Source of the DNA: Octopus sinensis
Lineage: Eukaryota
Length of the DNA stretch: 61,658 bases
Direction: 5' to 3'
NCBI RefSeq assembly: GCF_006345805.1
Contig: NW_021832423.1
Location: 1 to 61,658, forward strand
Shown: positions 22,553 to 37,265 of the stretch, one piece after another
How the letters are laid out: each line of letters begins with the position of its first letter
Position numbering within the stretch: the stretch's first letter is position 1
Made by a program: the position numbers and the translations under genes
The notes under the pieces: model-generated
The model's database searches: none
The model's input: the letters and a program-made list of their open reading frames with translations, nothing else
What the model was told of the DNA's origin: nothing

Positions 22553-22745
22553 GTGTTTGTCCCCATCACCATCGCTTACCAACTGATGGTGGTATATTTA
22601 TGTTGCTGTAACCTAGTAGTTTGGCAAAGGAGACCGATAGAATAAGTACTAGGCTTACAAAGAATAAGTCGTGGGGTCAATTTCTTAGACTAAAACAACA
22701 TTTAAGGTGGTGCTCCAGTATGGCCGCAGTCAAATGACTGAAAAT
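22553..22745 (+). mobile_element. SINE family B, 3' half
   Basis: gtgtttgtcccc...gagaccgatagaataagtactaggcttacaaagaataagtc...cagtcaaatgactgaaa. Confidence 0.75.
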
Positions 22746-24269
22746 CTCCACTGTACTACAACCATCACACACCTTCACACTCACTATCACTGGCATCATA
22801 CCACTAAACTACAGTACTACCACAATCACCACATAGTACTTACTACAATCTCAGCTATCATACCATTATCACACTATACCTCCGCAATCACCACTACCAC
22901 CACCATCATCATAACCACTCCTACTACTGTCACCACCACCACTATCACTACCACCAAAGCCACATTACTGCTACAACTAAAGCCATTATGTCAATGTGAC
23001 CACCTCTACAACCATAACCACCATAACCACTATCACCACTACCACTACAACCATTAACACCATCACACATATAGCCCTCAGACTACTACAACCACCACCA
23101 CCACAACATACCACTCAACCCATTTCACCACCACACCCACTACCACCACCAACAACATATGCCATTCAAGAATTATGGCGGATATTATTTGACATTTGAC
23201 CCAAGAAGGTGATTTTCTAGAGACTCAACTTCTCTCTTCACACAAATGAGTCAACACACACACACACACACATCAATCACACACCACACACAAACACATA
23301 CACAAATACATTACACACCACACATACACTACACCACATGTGAATAAAATATACACCACACACTTTCTCAAGCAAAAGACAAATACATTTCCAGACAGCA
23401 CCATCATCACAGACAAATATACACAGTCACACACACACACATCTACACAGAAGCTGGCATACACACGCACGCACACGCACACACACACACACACATGCAG
23501 TCACCCCCATTTCCCCCCACACTCAGTTTCTACACACATAATTCTATATACAAACATACACACACAGAGTCACAACTACCACATTCACAATTTCTATACA
23601 CATAATTCCACATAGTCATACACACACACACACACACGCGGGGCCCCTCCCCTCCTCACATACTCCAGCCCAATTACAATGTTTGCTGCGATATAGACAA
23701 GACAAACTCACCATTAATAAATTATATTTCACTCGAGAGGGGGACAGATGATGATTATGAAAAGCACCCCCTCCTCTATTATTTATCTGTTTCTCTGTTT
23801 ATCTATCTATCTATCTATCTATCTCTATCTCTCTATCCATCTCTCTCTATCCATCTCTCTCTCTCTATCCATCTCTCTCTCTCTATCCATCTCTCTCTAT
23901 ATATATATCTATCTGTTTATGTTCTCAGTGACAATAAACAGAAGTTAAGATCAATATACTAACAACAACAACAACGTGTCTGTCATTGTAAGGGTGGGAA
24001 GATGGTGGGGGGACAAAGAGAAAAAAAAACCCATACATGATACACAAAGTAAGGACTGCTATATGGTCACTCAACAAGCTAAAAATAACAACCAGACATG
24101 AGATGATTGGGGAAAACTGGGTGGATGCTGATCATTTGGCTCAGTTGACTGCACATTCGACCCGTTTTGCTGACAGTGTTTTTTAGCACTAGAAACAGAC
24201 AGACAGACACACACACACAACACACAACACACACACACATAACAGGTACCTACTAGGGCTGGTGATTTT

Positions 24270-24890
24270 GAACATTACAGAGCACCATCCGAGCCTGATC
24301 GTTGCCATAGCAGCAAACTGGCTTCTGTGCCGGTGGCACGTAAAAAGCACCATTTGAGCGTGATCGTTACCAGCGTTGCCTCACTCGCACTTGTGCCAGT
24401 GGCACGTGAAAAAATTAGAGTGAGGTCATTGCCAGTGTCACTGGACTGGCTCCTGTGCAGGTGGCAGGTAAGAAATACCATTTGAGCGTGGCCATTGCCA
24501 GTACCGCCTGACCGGCCCTCGTGCCGGTGGCACGTAAAAGCACCCATTACACTCTTGGAGTGGTTGGCATTAGGAAGGGTATCCAGCTGTAGAAACTCTG
24601 CCAGATCAGATTGGAGCCTGGTGCAACCATCTGGTTCATTAGTCCTCAGTCAAATCGTCCAATCCATGCTAGCATGGAAAGCGGACGTTAAACGATGATG
24701 ATGATGAGTAGTCTGGAGCCATGTAAAAAGCACCCTGTCCACTCTGTAAAGCTGTTGGTATTAGGAAGGGCATCCAGCCATAGAAACTAAGCCAAAGAAG
24801 GCAACAGAGCTTGGCATAGTCCTCCAACTTGCTACCTTCTGTAAAACTGTCCAACCCATGCCAGCATGGAAAACAGACATTAAATGAGTA
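24270..24890 (+). mobile_element. Two consecutive RTE-type 3' tails, the first with ~4 minisatellite units
   Basis: gccggtggcacgtaaaa(a)gcacc units, then the tail and (GAT)n at about 24695; a second tail at 24720-24890. Confidence 0.8.
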
Positions 24891-24921
24891 TATATACATA
24901 CATACATACACATATATATGT

Positions 24922-24956
<35 letters not shown>

Positions 24957-25960
24957 AAATACCAATTAAAAAGAAAAAGCAAAAACACCATACATACAAC
25001 AAAAGGCACCCAGAGCTGTGCTCAATGGAGCACTGAAAGCAAACAATACGAATATTATTATTGGCACACTAACTCATGATCTAACAACTACAAGAACAAC
25101 AACAACAATAATAATAATAATAATAATAATAACAATAATAATAATAATGATAATAATAATGATAATAATAATGATAGTAATAATAATCGTTCCTTTGTTG
25201 TAGTGTTGTTTATAATTTAATAAAAAAAGAACATAATAGCAATAATGCTGACGGCATCAAAAGTCTCTATTTAATGTCCATTCTCTTTCTGCTGGCATTA
25301 GGTTAAAATGGATTGCTTCAATCCAATGTTAGCTTTCTCTCATCTCTATTTACATCACATTCCAGTCCACACTATTCAATGCTTTGTGTGTCTGTGTGTG
25401 TGTGTGAGAGAGAGAGAAAGAGAGGAGAAGAGAGAGAGAGAGAAAGAGAGGAGAAGAGAGAGAGAGAGAAAGAGAGGAGAAGAGAGAGGGAGAGAAAGAG
25501 AGAAGAGAGAGGGAGAGAAAGAGAGGATGTGTCTGGTTTTGTTTGGTTTTTTTGCTTCTTTCCTCAATTTTTTAAAAATTCTTTTATGTATTTTTGGATT
25601 GTTTTATTATTATTTCCCATCTCTATTCTTTCTTCTGTAGCTATTCGTCATGATCGATTCTATCAACATCATCACCATTATCACCATCATCATCACCATT
25701 ACCACTACAACCATGATTTCAGTCCAATTCATCATAAACATCAGCGGCAGCAGCAGCAGCACAAACAACCACCACCACCACCACCAACAACAACAATACT
25801 AGCACCACCACACCACAACTATGACCACCACCGCCGCCGCCATCACCACTACCACCACCACCACCACCACCGACGCCGTCATCATCATGACTAACATTTT
25901 GTTCTCTTTCACTGTCTGCTGGCCATTTTGTCAATCAAATAATTGACAATAACATATACA

Positions 25961-26004
<44 letters not shown>

Positions 26005-26133
26005 GTACACACACATACATATATATATATATATTTATATACATATATATAGATACACAAGCACACACACATACTCACATATGTATATATACACACACAT
26101 ACACACACATATGCATATATACTCACACACATA

Positions 26134-26174
<41 letters not shown>

Positions 26175-27544
26175 TCACACACATATGCATATTTATACAG
26201 ACTTGCCCATATACATACGCACATACATCCATGTACATACCCCCCACACGCACACACAAACACGAAATATTCTTTTCTACTCTAGGCCCGAAATTTTTTG
26301 GGAGGGGGGGCCAGTCGGTTAGATCAACCCCAGTACACAGCTGGTACTTAATTTATCGACCCTGAAGGGATGAAAGGCAAAGTCAACCTCGGTGGAATTT
26401 GAATTCAGAACGTAAAGACAGATGACACACACACACACACACACACACGAAATATTGTTAAAGAAATGAAAAAGGTCCCCGAATACACAAGGGGCTGCTT
26501 TTAAGGGCAAGCGTTCCGCTAAGCTCTTGTTACATGGTGATAAGGAAGCAATGAAAGATTCTCTCCTCTTCAGGATAAAAAACCAGAGATTGATTTCTAA
26601 TGTTGTCACATGACCTATTCCATATGATAGATTAAATCTATGCCCCAGCATATGACAGGTACTGGCTGTTTGGTTGCATGGTTTTTTTTTTCTTCTTAAT
26701 TTTTATACATCTGTAAGATCATCTCCATCCATATCAATACCATCATCATCATCATCATCAATATCATCACCATCGTTAGCAGCAGCAGCGTTAACAACAT
26801 CGACAGACATCATCTCAGCCACCATCAGCATTATCAACAATGGCATCCTCATCTCCACATCATCATCATCTCACCACCACAACCACCACCACCTACCACC
26901 ATCATCGAATCATCATCACCGTCTCACATCAACTACCAGTGCCACTTCCAACACCACAATCATCATCATCATCATCATTGTCATTAATCACCATCATCAT
27001 CATAGTCACTAACATCAATCTTCATCACCATCATCACTGACGCTCTCATCATTTCCACCACCACCACCACCACCCCAATCAATTGTCATCATCATCATCA
27101 TCATCACCGCCACCATCACCATCATCATCATCATCATTATTACTAAACAGTGAATTGGGAAGAATATATAAACCAGGAAGAAAATGCCTTGTAGTGGTTT
27201 TTTCTGCCCCTTTGTGCTCAGAATTTGAATCCCACCAAAGTCACCTTTGACCTCCCTTCTTCATTTTTTATGGAATACTGATCAAATACCAGCATTGATT
27301 TCATTGTCTGACCCTCTCTAAACAAGATATCTGACCTTGTGCTTAAAGTTAAAAAATGCCTTTCATCTTTTTGGGGATCAATAAAATAATACAGAATCAA
27401 TCAATTAAATACTAGGATCAATGTAATAGACTTGCCCCCACTCTTCAAAATTGCTGGCCTTGTGCCTATAATGTAAAAAATTATTATTATTGTTGTTGTT
27501 GTTATTATCATTATTATTATTAATATTATTATTATTGTAATCGA

Positions 27545-27905
27545 TCAATATCAATGGAATTTGTAGCTGTGATACCAGTGCCGGTGGCACGTAAGAGAAC
27601 CATCCAAATGTGGCTGTAGCCAGCGCTGCCCTGACTGGCCTCCGTGCAGGTGGCACATAAAAAGCACCATCTGATCGTGGCCGTTTGCCAGCTTCATCTG
27701 GCACCTGTGCCGGTGGCACGTAAAAAGCACCCACTACACTCACGGAGTGGTTGGTGTTAGGAAGGGCATCCAGCTGTAGAAACACTGCCAGATCAGATTG
27801 TAGCCTGGTACAGCCTCCTGGCTTCCCAGACCCCAGTTGAACCATCCAACCCATGCTAGCATGGAAAGCGGACGTTAAACGATGATGATGATGATGATGA
27901 TTATT
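27545..27905 (+). mobile_element. RTE-type 3' end with 3 minisatellite units
   Basis: Homologous to 900-1131, ends in (GAT)n. Confidence 0.85.
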
Positions 27906-27911
27906 ATTACT

Positions 27912-28267
27912 GAGGCGGTGAGCTGGCAGAATCGTAAGCATGCTGTATGAAATGCTTAGTGGTATTTCATCTGCTGCAACGTTCTGAGTTCAAATTCCAT
28001 TCCAGTCGACTGTGCCTTTCATCCTTTCAGGGTCGATAAGATAAGTATAAGTGAAACATTGAGGCCTTGTGCCTCCAATAGAAAGGATTATTATTCTTCT
28101 TCTTCCTATTATTATTATTATTATTATAACTATTATTATTATTAGTGAAAGCGCATGGCTCAGTGGTTAGAGCCTCGAGCTTACGATCGCGAGGTCGATG
28201 TACTGAGGTCGATGTAATCAACTATTCTCTCACTGAGATTTCAGGCCTTGCGCTTATGGTAGAAAGG

Positions 28268-28306
<39 letters not shown>

Positions 28307-28525
28307 TAAGGGGGTGAGCTGGTAGAATCGTTAGCACACTGAGCAAAATGCAAAACGGCATTTCATTCATCTTTACATTCTGAGTTCAAAATCCGCCAAG
28401 GTTGACTTTGTGTTTTATCTTTTTGGGATTGAGAGAATAAGTACCAGTTGAACACTGGGGTCGAGATAATTGACTAGTCCCCTCCCCCAAAATTTCAAAC
28501 CTTGTGCCTCTAGTAGAAAGGACCA
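27912..28525 (+). mobile_element. Cluster of SINE fragments (family A and tRNA-head pieces) in (ATT)n
   Basis: gaggcggtgagctggcagaatcg at 27912, and aaggggggtgagctggtagaatcg-like head at about 28308. Confidence 0.7.
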
Positions 28526-28653
28526 TTATTATTATTATTATTATTATTAAGCAGATGGGAGGTTGGTTGAGCTGTAAGAGTGGTGAATATAATAACATAT
28601 GTAGTACGACAGAGACTGTAGTTGTTGTCCTAGGGAAAGGTTTTACAGAGTGA

Positions 28654-28711
<58 letters not shown>

Positions 28712-29746
28712 GAGACAGAGGGAAAGAAAAATCAGAGACTAGAACAAGACAGAACAGACAGTTCATAAAAGGAAGTAATGTCAACAATATCAGCATTGCA
28801 AGAGGAGAGAGAGAGAGAGAGAGATTGAAAAAGAAACAGAGAGAGTGAGGGAGTCGACACATTATGTAGTGCAAAGAAAACCAGAAGTCAATAACCTTCC
28901 TCTCTCCCCCACCCTCAATCTACCCTCTACTCTTACCATTCCTCTGCCAGCCCCCAACTCACCCTTCTCTCGGTGCTTAGGAAAGCTAATTACGCATTCA
29001 TGCGCCTTATACCCCTTTTCTCTTTCATTCCATGCTGCACCCTGAAGCAGCGAAAAGCTACTCTGGGTGTTCCACCCTGGGCATGTATGGCAGCTGGATG
29101 TGATGGAAGTAGAATAAAAAAACGAGAGAAAGAAAGAGAGAGAGAGAGGGGGGCGAGGATGAGGTGGAGGAGAGGGTAAGCAGAAAAACTCCTTCTACTA
29201 TAAATAGCAAGGAGAGTCAAGAATCAAGCACAAAATTCAATATTAAATAACAACAACAGCAACAACAAAAACTGCAATATGAACGGCAGGAACAACAACA
29301 AACACAAGCTCCATATGGTTATCACATTCGATATCCATCCACTATCACAAACCTACATATTCACCTCTCTCTCTCTCTCCACAATTACGACATATATCGA
29401 GGCCACAGTATCTGCAGACACATGTATTCATGCGCACATGTGTGCCCCACTATTCTAACCAACGTAGACACCAGTGAAGCATTTGATGGCGTCAAACGCT
29501 TTAAGAAATGTACCGAGCATTTCCTTAATAAACAACATAAAACATTGGCTATGGAACTTTCCTCTCACAAATTTCCAAGTCTATATTCAAGTTTATGCCA
29601 TAAACATAACAATAACCTGCATAACTTTTAATTTCTTCAATGGATATCCCACAAGAACATGCATTCCCATCAACCCTTTTCATGCTATAATTACGAGACC
29701 TTCTCCATCCCAGCACCTCTTCAAAACACACACACACACACACACA

Positions 29747-30963
29747 CTCTTATGCAAATAACATTATATTTATTTTTTTACGCCACCCTGCTACCATTCT
29801 TCAGACACGTAGCTGCAGACACACAGCTACACCGATGCTTACAGCGATCTCATAGAAACTTGGCTCCAAAAAAACCCAGCAGTCTTGAAAATAGCACCGA
29901 CCGAATCCTCCATCTCGCTTCAATACCGGCAGCTTGAAAAGAGCATCGAATACAACAGGCCATTATTGCACTGAATAACATATTCATAGCCCCTCCTCCA
30001 CACACACGCACACGTGCACACACACACAAGAATGATAAGACAAAAATACAAGGAGACATTAAACAGTTCTGTGACATTCACAACACACACACATGCATGC
30101 ATACGCAAACACAGATGCATGTGCACACACATGTGCACACATGCACACACACACAAGAATGATAAACAAGACAAAAATACAAGATGTTACTTAAACAGTT
30201 CTGTGACATTCACAACACACACACACACACATACTCGCGCACACACACACACACATACTCGTGCACACACACACACATACTCGCGCACACACACACACAC
30301 ATACTCGCACACACACACACACACTCACACACACACACACATACTCGCACACACATACTCACACACACACACACATACATACTCGCACACACACCACACA
30401 CACACTCTTATGCAAATAACATTATATTTATTTTTTACGCCAACCCTGCTACCATTCTTCAGACACGTAGCTGCAGACACACAGCTACACCGATGCTTAC
30501 AGCGATCTCATAGAAACTTGGCTCCAAAAAAACCCAGCAGTCTTGAAAATAGCACCGACCGAATCCTCCATCTCGCTTCAATACCGGCAGCTTGAAAAGA
30601 GCATCGAATACAACAGGCCATTATTGCACTGAATAACATATTCATAGCCCCTCCTCCACACACACGCACACGTGCACACACACACAAGAATGATAAGACA
30701 AAAATACAAGGAGACATTAAACAGTTCTGTGACATTCACAACACACACACATGCATGCATACGCAAACACAGATGCATGTGCACACACATGTGCACACAT
30801 GCACACACACACAAGAATGATAAACAAGACAAAAATACAAGATGTTACTTAAACAGTTCTGTGACATTCACAACACACACACACACACACATACTCGCGC
30901 ACACCACACACACACACATACTCGTGCACACACACACAATACTCGCGCACACACACACACACA

Positions 30964-31004
<41 letters not shown>

Positions 31005-31060
31005 TCGCACACACATACTCACACACACACACACACATACATACTCGCACACACACACAC
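29747..31060 (+). repeat. 658-bp near-identical tandem duplication bounded by (CA)n
   Basis: ctcttatgcaaataac at 29747 and 30405. The duplicated ORFs in the track are offset by exactly 658. Confidence 0.9.
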
Positions 31061-31604
31061 ACACATACTCGCACACACATACTCGCACATACTCGCACAC
31101 ACACACACACACTCTCACACACACACACACTCACACACACACATGTGTAAAACAATACACAAACCTATTCCAAGCGCTCAAGTACCACCACATTCAGCGA
31201 CACACAGAAACAGCCCCCAGTGGCACACAAACAATAGAACAGATTGCCACACACGTCCAAACTAGTAGCATATTTGGGGTCGTGCATTTTCAGTGTTTAT
31301 TTTGATGTGTGATCATCATCATCATCATAAACATCATTACATCATCACCACCATTTAATGCCAACTCTTCCTCGCTTGCATGGGTCAGATGGAATATGTT
31401 GAGACAGATTTTTGGGGGGTTGGATGCCTTTCCAGTCACTAACCCTTAACTATTTTCAAGCAAAATATTTTCTCATGGACAGATATGTTTCCCTGTAAGA
31501 CTAGAAACAAACAGTATCACTTGTATAACAGTGATGCATATACATAAATACATACACACTATGGGGATTTACACAGATTCCATCTATTAAAATTCACTCA
31601 TTAA

Positions 31605-31829
31605 CCCTTTAGTATTTAAACCAGCCACATCCGGCCCAATATATTCTACATGTTTTATATTTGAACTAGCCATATCTAACCTCTCACACCTAACCTACAA
31701 TGTCAATCTAAAGATAAATATTCACATCATTGAAACCTCAAAGCCGTGAGATAATGCATGATTAATTCAAAACAATTTGAATGAAAAGGCATTAATTACA
31801 TTTAACAGAGTATTCTGAACATTAAAGGG
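31605..31829. mobile_element. piggyBac-type non-autonomous MITE inserted in a SINE
   Basis: TTAA|CCCTTTagta...attAAAGGG|TTAA: TTAA target duplication and CCC/GGG termini. A degenerate relative lies at about 20277-20445. Confidence 0.8.
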
Positions 31830-32520
31830 TTAAGGCTGCAGAAGAAAATACTTGACCAAGGTGGTGTGCAGTGGGTCTGAACCTGAAACCAGATGGTTGT
31901 AATGCAAGCTTCTCAACCACACAGCCATGCCTGTACCTATAAGATATGGCTTAGAATTTGGTACGATTCTCAGCACTTCAATTCCCTCCCTCTTCCCATG
32001 CCACCTAAATTCACTACACAAGCTGAAGACATGTCTCTAAATACACAGCTTCATCTTTCCACTAAATCAGCTTCCCTCCACATCAACCAGAAACGTTTCA
32101 AATTTATAAAATATGAAATTGACATTGCTGATCACTCCACACCCAACACACTTTCATTTTCACTTCTCTAGTTCTTTTCTCTGCTGACTCACGGCTTAAG
32201 TCTTGTACACAGTGTTAACATGTAAGCATATGACCAGCCTATCACATACTCATGTCTGTCTGCGGCCTGTCACATACTCATGTCTACCGGCTGTCCAGTT
32301 GTTTAACCAACTGTGTGCTTCTTGTCCATCAATCATTATGAGAAGTAATCTATTTTTCACTCTTAGTTTATTCTGTTCAATGAACCGGTTAGATTTTCTG
32401 GAGAAACTCAAGTAAAACAGACACCTGAATCATCGAACATAAATTATTTTTATTTAACCATCATATCATGTATTTTTTTCTTGCTTGATAATACTAACAC
32501 ACACACACACCACACACACA

Positions 32521-33050
32521 CAGGTATGGCTGTGCGGTTAAGTTTGCTTCCCAACCACATGGTTTTGGGTTCAGTCCCACTGCATGACACCTTGAGTAAA
32601 TATCTTCTCTTATAGGCCTCGGCTGGTCCAAAGCTTTGTATGTGTATTTAGAAGATAAAACTGAAAGAAACCTTAAGTTTAATGTGTGTGTGTGTGTGCC
32701 AGTGTGTCTGCATATATCATCATCATCATAATGTCTGTTTTCCATGCTGGCATGGGTTCGATGGTTTGACTGAAAACTGGTAAGCCAGGGAGCTGCAACA
32801 GGTTCAGATCTGATTTTGCAAGGTTTCTACAGCTGGATGCCCTTCCTAATGCCAACCACTCTGAGAGTGTAGTGGATACCTTTTACATGCCACTGGCCTG
32901 ACCCCGGCATTGGCTACAACTATGGTCTCACTTGGCTTGACAGGTCTACACAAGAGCGGTATATCATCAAAGGTCTCAACTACCTGTCACTGCCTCCATG
33001 AGGCCCAACACACGAATGGTGCTTTTTACATGTGACCAGCACTGGTGCCA
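32521..33050. mobile_element. SINE family B 5' half (+) followed by an RTE-type tail (-)
   Basis: ggtatggctgtgcggttaagtttgcttcccaacc head, then (CAT)n...ccatgctggcatgggttcg. Confidence 0.7.
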
Positions 33051-33529
33051 GTCAGACAATGGACTCTCCCAATGAAGACAACGTATGAGAGTTCAGCTTT
33101 TGCTGAATGACTTACACAAATGATTTCTTTATAGTGATCAGAGGGAGCTGGACATTAGCTCCCTCCATCAAATCAACAAGGTCTGAACAGGTGCATGGTG
33201 TACCACATGTCAGATGTCGAAGTGATCACAGAGCAACATGAGATGAAGTGTCTTGCTCAAGAACACAATGCACCACCTGGTCTAGGAATTGAACCCATGA
33301 ATGCTGGATTGACAGTGCAACACACACACACACACACACACTTAGTACTTTGCATGTACCACGTCCTGGTTTTGCATGTGTTTTTCTTTGTTTTTTGGAT
33401 TAACTATATATATATATATCATGTGATCACATGACTGACCAGGCTATCAGATGTTGTTACACATCGCTGGCCACAATGCGCTTTGCATTGTTTTAGACTT
33501 CAAATGGCGCCACCCCGCAGGCTAAGCGA

Positions 33530-33733
33530 GCAACCCAACAGAAGAAAGAGTGAAAGAAAGTTGTGGCGAAAGAGTACAGCAGGGATCGCCACCACCACCA
33601 CCCGCTGCCAGAACCTCGCGGAGCTTTAGGTGTTTTCGCTCAATAAACACTCACAACGCCTGGTCTGGGAATCGAAACCGCAATCCTACGACCGCGAGTC
33701 CGCTGCCCTAACCACTGGGCCATTGCGCTTCCA
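33530..33733 (-). mobile_element. SINE family C, 5' portion
   Basis: Reverse complement of gcgcaatggcccagtggttagggcagcggactcgcggtcg...gtttcgattcccagacc (tRNA-like head). Confidence 0.8.
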
Positions 33734-35273
33734 ACTATATATATATATATTTATATATATGCGTACTTGAAGCCGATCTTGTGCATGTGGGTATGTGTGT
33801 GTGTATATATATGTATGTGTGTGCGTATGTGTGTGTGTGTGTGTGTGCTTGTACTTATTTATGTATATGGGAGACTGGGTGTTTGTGTACATAGCTATGA
33901 CCTCTATTTTGTTGCTGAGTTGCGTAATTTTATGATGTATTTTGGCCTACTTTCCAGGTTGTAAATAAAGGATACACTATCATCATCATCATCATCATCG
34001 TCATAAGTACTATAATCACAACCACTTGCATCGCCATTACCATCATCATCATCATCATCACTACCACCACAACCAATCGTAATCGTTGCTAACCACCCCG
34101 ACCACAGCCACCATCACCACAATCATCAACATCATCATCATTAATACTATTATCAAGATCACCACCACCACCACCACTGCCACCATCATTCGTTAACAAC
34201 TACTACAACCACCACCATCAACATAACCACAGCCACCACTACCACCACCACCACCACCGTTAGTTAACAACTACTACAACCATCACCATCATCATAACCA
34301 CAGCCACAACCACCACTACCACTACCACCAGCACCACCATCATCATCATAACCACAGCCACAACCACCACTACCACCACCACTGCCGCCGCCACCGCCAC
34401 CACCATCGTTAGTTAACTACTACAACCACCACCATCATCATAACCACGGCCACCACCACCACCACTACCACCACCATCATCTAGACAACCTAGACTGTGT
34501 TTACGAGGCAGATAGGTCTTCTGTGGTACTACAGCACCATATTACTATATAGGTATAGTGTCGGATTTCAGTAGTTAAACTGTTCAGACAGACACTTCTG
34601 CTGCTACTACTACTACTACTACTACTACTGCTACTACTATTGCTGTTGCTGCTGCTGTTGCAGTTATTGGTTTGAAACATTTCCAAGACGGCGCCAACAG
34701 CGTTTAGGAAGCCTATAGTCAATTTAATCAGGCTTAGCATTTGATGAGAGAAGAGACCATATACATGTAAGCTAAACGAGTGATAATAATGATAACAGGA
34801 ATGATGACGACAATGCTCTTGGTGATAATGATGATGACGATGATGATGATGATGACAGTGCTGATGGTGGTGGTGGTGGTGATGCTGATGGTGATGTTAA
34901 TGATGGTGAAGGTGAGAATAAACTGACCAATGATATGGTGGCAACGATGATGATGAGGCGGAGGAGGAGGAGGAAATTTTCCGGGGCAGGCAGGTGCTAA
35001 ACGAGTACATTGACCCTGGTGTTCAGCTGGTATTTCTTTAAGCGACCCCGAAAGCATGAAAAGCAAATTCGGTATCAATGGAATTTGAACACAGAATGCA
35101 CAGATGGAAAAACTGCCACTAATTGTTTTGTCTGGCATGCAAACAATTCCAGTAGCTTTGCAGAGAGAATAAATACCAGACTTTAAATGAAATAAGCATC
35201 GGGGTCGAATCGTTGAACTACAGCCTTCCAAAACTGTGCCGTAGCATGACCACAGTCCTAGCACTAAAACAAA

Positions 35274-35674
35274 TCTCTCTATATATATAAAGCTGAAGTT
35301 GTCTGTGTATGGCAGGTTTGGTAGCCTTCAACTAACACTATCTCCTCCGAGACCCTGCGGCGCAAGTTTACCAAAATTGAGAGTATGATAGAAGAAGGCT
35401 TGCTCTTCCTTCCATAGAAGAAAAAATTCAAATCGGACCGTGTTAACACCAAAAATTATTTACAACAAAAAGGTGCTTTTTTTCTATGAAAATCCCTATT
35501 TTTTACGATTTTTTTTACTGCAGTGTCACCATTTTTTGGTGTATTTGAACCTGAAAAATGCTCACTTAAAGAGAATAACAAGCTACATAATGCAAAATTT
35601 TTACTTTTCAAAAATTCCAATTCTAAAGGGTCGTAAACAAAACAAGCCTGAGCAACGCCGGGCGATACTGCTAG
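35274..35674 (+). mobile_element. Non-autonomous Helitron
   Basis: A|TC 5' terminus (tctctctatatatataaagctg). A GC-rich subterminal hairpin gcctgagcaacgccgggc lies 7 nt before the CTAG|T 3' terminus. It interrupts a SINE tail (actaaaacaaa|taaatg) with no TSD. Confidence 0.85.
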
Positions 35675-37081
35675 TAAATGATAAAAATATAGAAGATTCA
35701 AGTGTAACCTTACTGTGCGTAATGACAAAGTGTTTATCTTAATTAAATGAATTGAAAACAATTATGAAGGAAAGTGAAAATATATTCGGTTTGTTAATGG
35801 TCATTGCAAATGCCAGAATAATAACAGGAAATTGATATCTGCTTTAAAGAGAAAATTGCTATTTTGTCTGATAAATTTAACCTTGGGATACCATCACTGG
35901 TTTCTTACTACTAGTCTGTAGTAAATTTATATTCAAAGTTGCCTATGATACATATATATACATGCATTTATAAGCAGTATCTGTTTTTTTCTCACTCTCT
36001 CTCTCTCTCTGAAAGGTACCCATGCCAGTTACATGTAAAAGACACCTGTGCCAGTGACATACAGGCGGCACCTGGGCTGATTACACATAAAAGCTACCTG
36101 TGGCAGTGGAGTGGCTGTGTGGTAAGTAACTTGCTAACCAACCACATGGTTCCGACAGAAATTTCTAAAAAATTCCATTATTACCATACCGGACCGATTT
36201 CAGGGTTAGTTCGTAAGAACCCTCCCTCTGTCAGTGATAAACGTGGTAAAGAAATAAATGAGATACTTACTCATACCCATGGAAGAAGCAAAACACTAAG
36301 TCATGAGCACAACTAAGTACCCCAAATATATCCAAACTAGAAATACTCCAGCCCATTCAAGGCACGTGCGATTTGAACTGAGGCTCTCACAGAGTGTAAG
36401 AGTCCGGAAGTAAACACTTAAATTTATATTTAATGTAGGATAAAAATTTTTTTCGAAAACCAAAAATTTTATCAATGGCCAGCATATTAAAAAATACCTT
36501 TAAAGGTTAAAATTATAAACAACTTACATATATATATAAAACAAATGGTGAGTGATTATCAATCTGGGAAAAATAGTCTGTAAGCTCTGTTGGCACACCA
36601 AGCTAACAATATTCCTTACATTAGTGAAGAACTCCAAGTAATCTTTTGCTAGGGTCCCAAGTTATGGGTCATCACAATTCTATATTGTAATCTGTGGATG
36701 GGCTCCAGATTAACTAGTGTTTACAGAGGGATATATAACAGGCAAGTTAAAAACAGTGGTCATAACATATAATTCCTTTATTGGAGCAAATTTGACTTAT
36801 ATATATATATATATATAGATATATATATTCATACACATTCACAAGTATTCAGGGTCACTCAGAATGTAAACACATGCTGCAAATATAGATACATGCGTAT
36901 ATGAAGAAAGTGGCACCTGTCCCTCTGCCAGCCAGCACAGCTGTGCATTATGCAATAGAATGTGCAAATCTTTGGCCAGGCTCAAGAGTCATACAAGGGC
37001 CTTACATTGCATCATCAATGACTCATTTCAACGATTCTTTCTAGCCATGGCTTTGCTCTTGAATGAGAAAGCAGCTACTGC

Positions 37082-37134
<53 letters not shown>

Positions 37135-37234
37135 GTATATACATACATACAAACATACATACATACATATACAAACATTCATACACAGGAAAATACAAAA
37201 ATGCAAAGATATATATATATATATGCACACAGTT

Positions 37235-37265
<31 letters not shown>

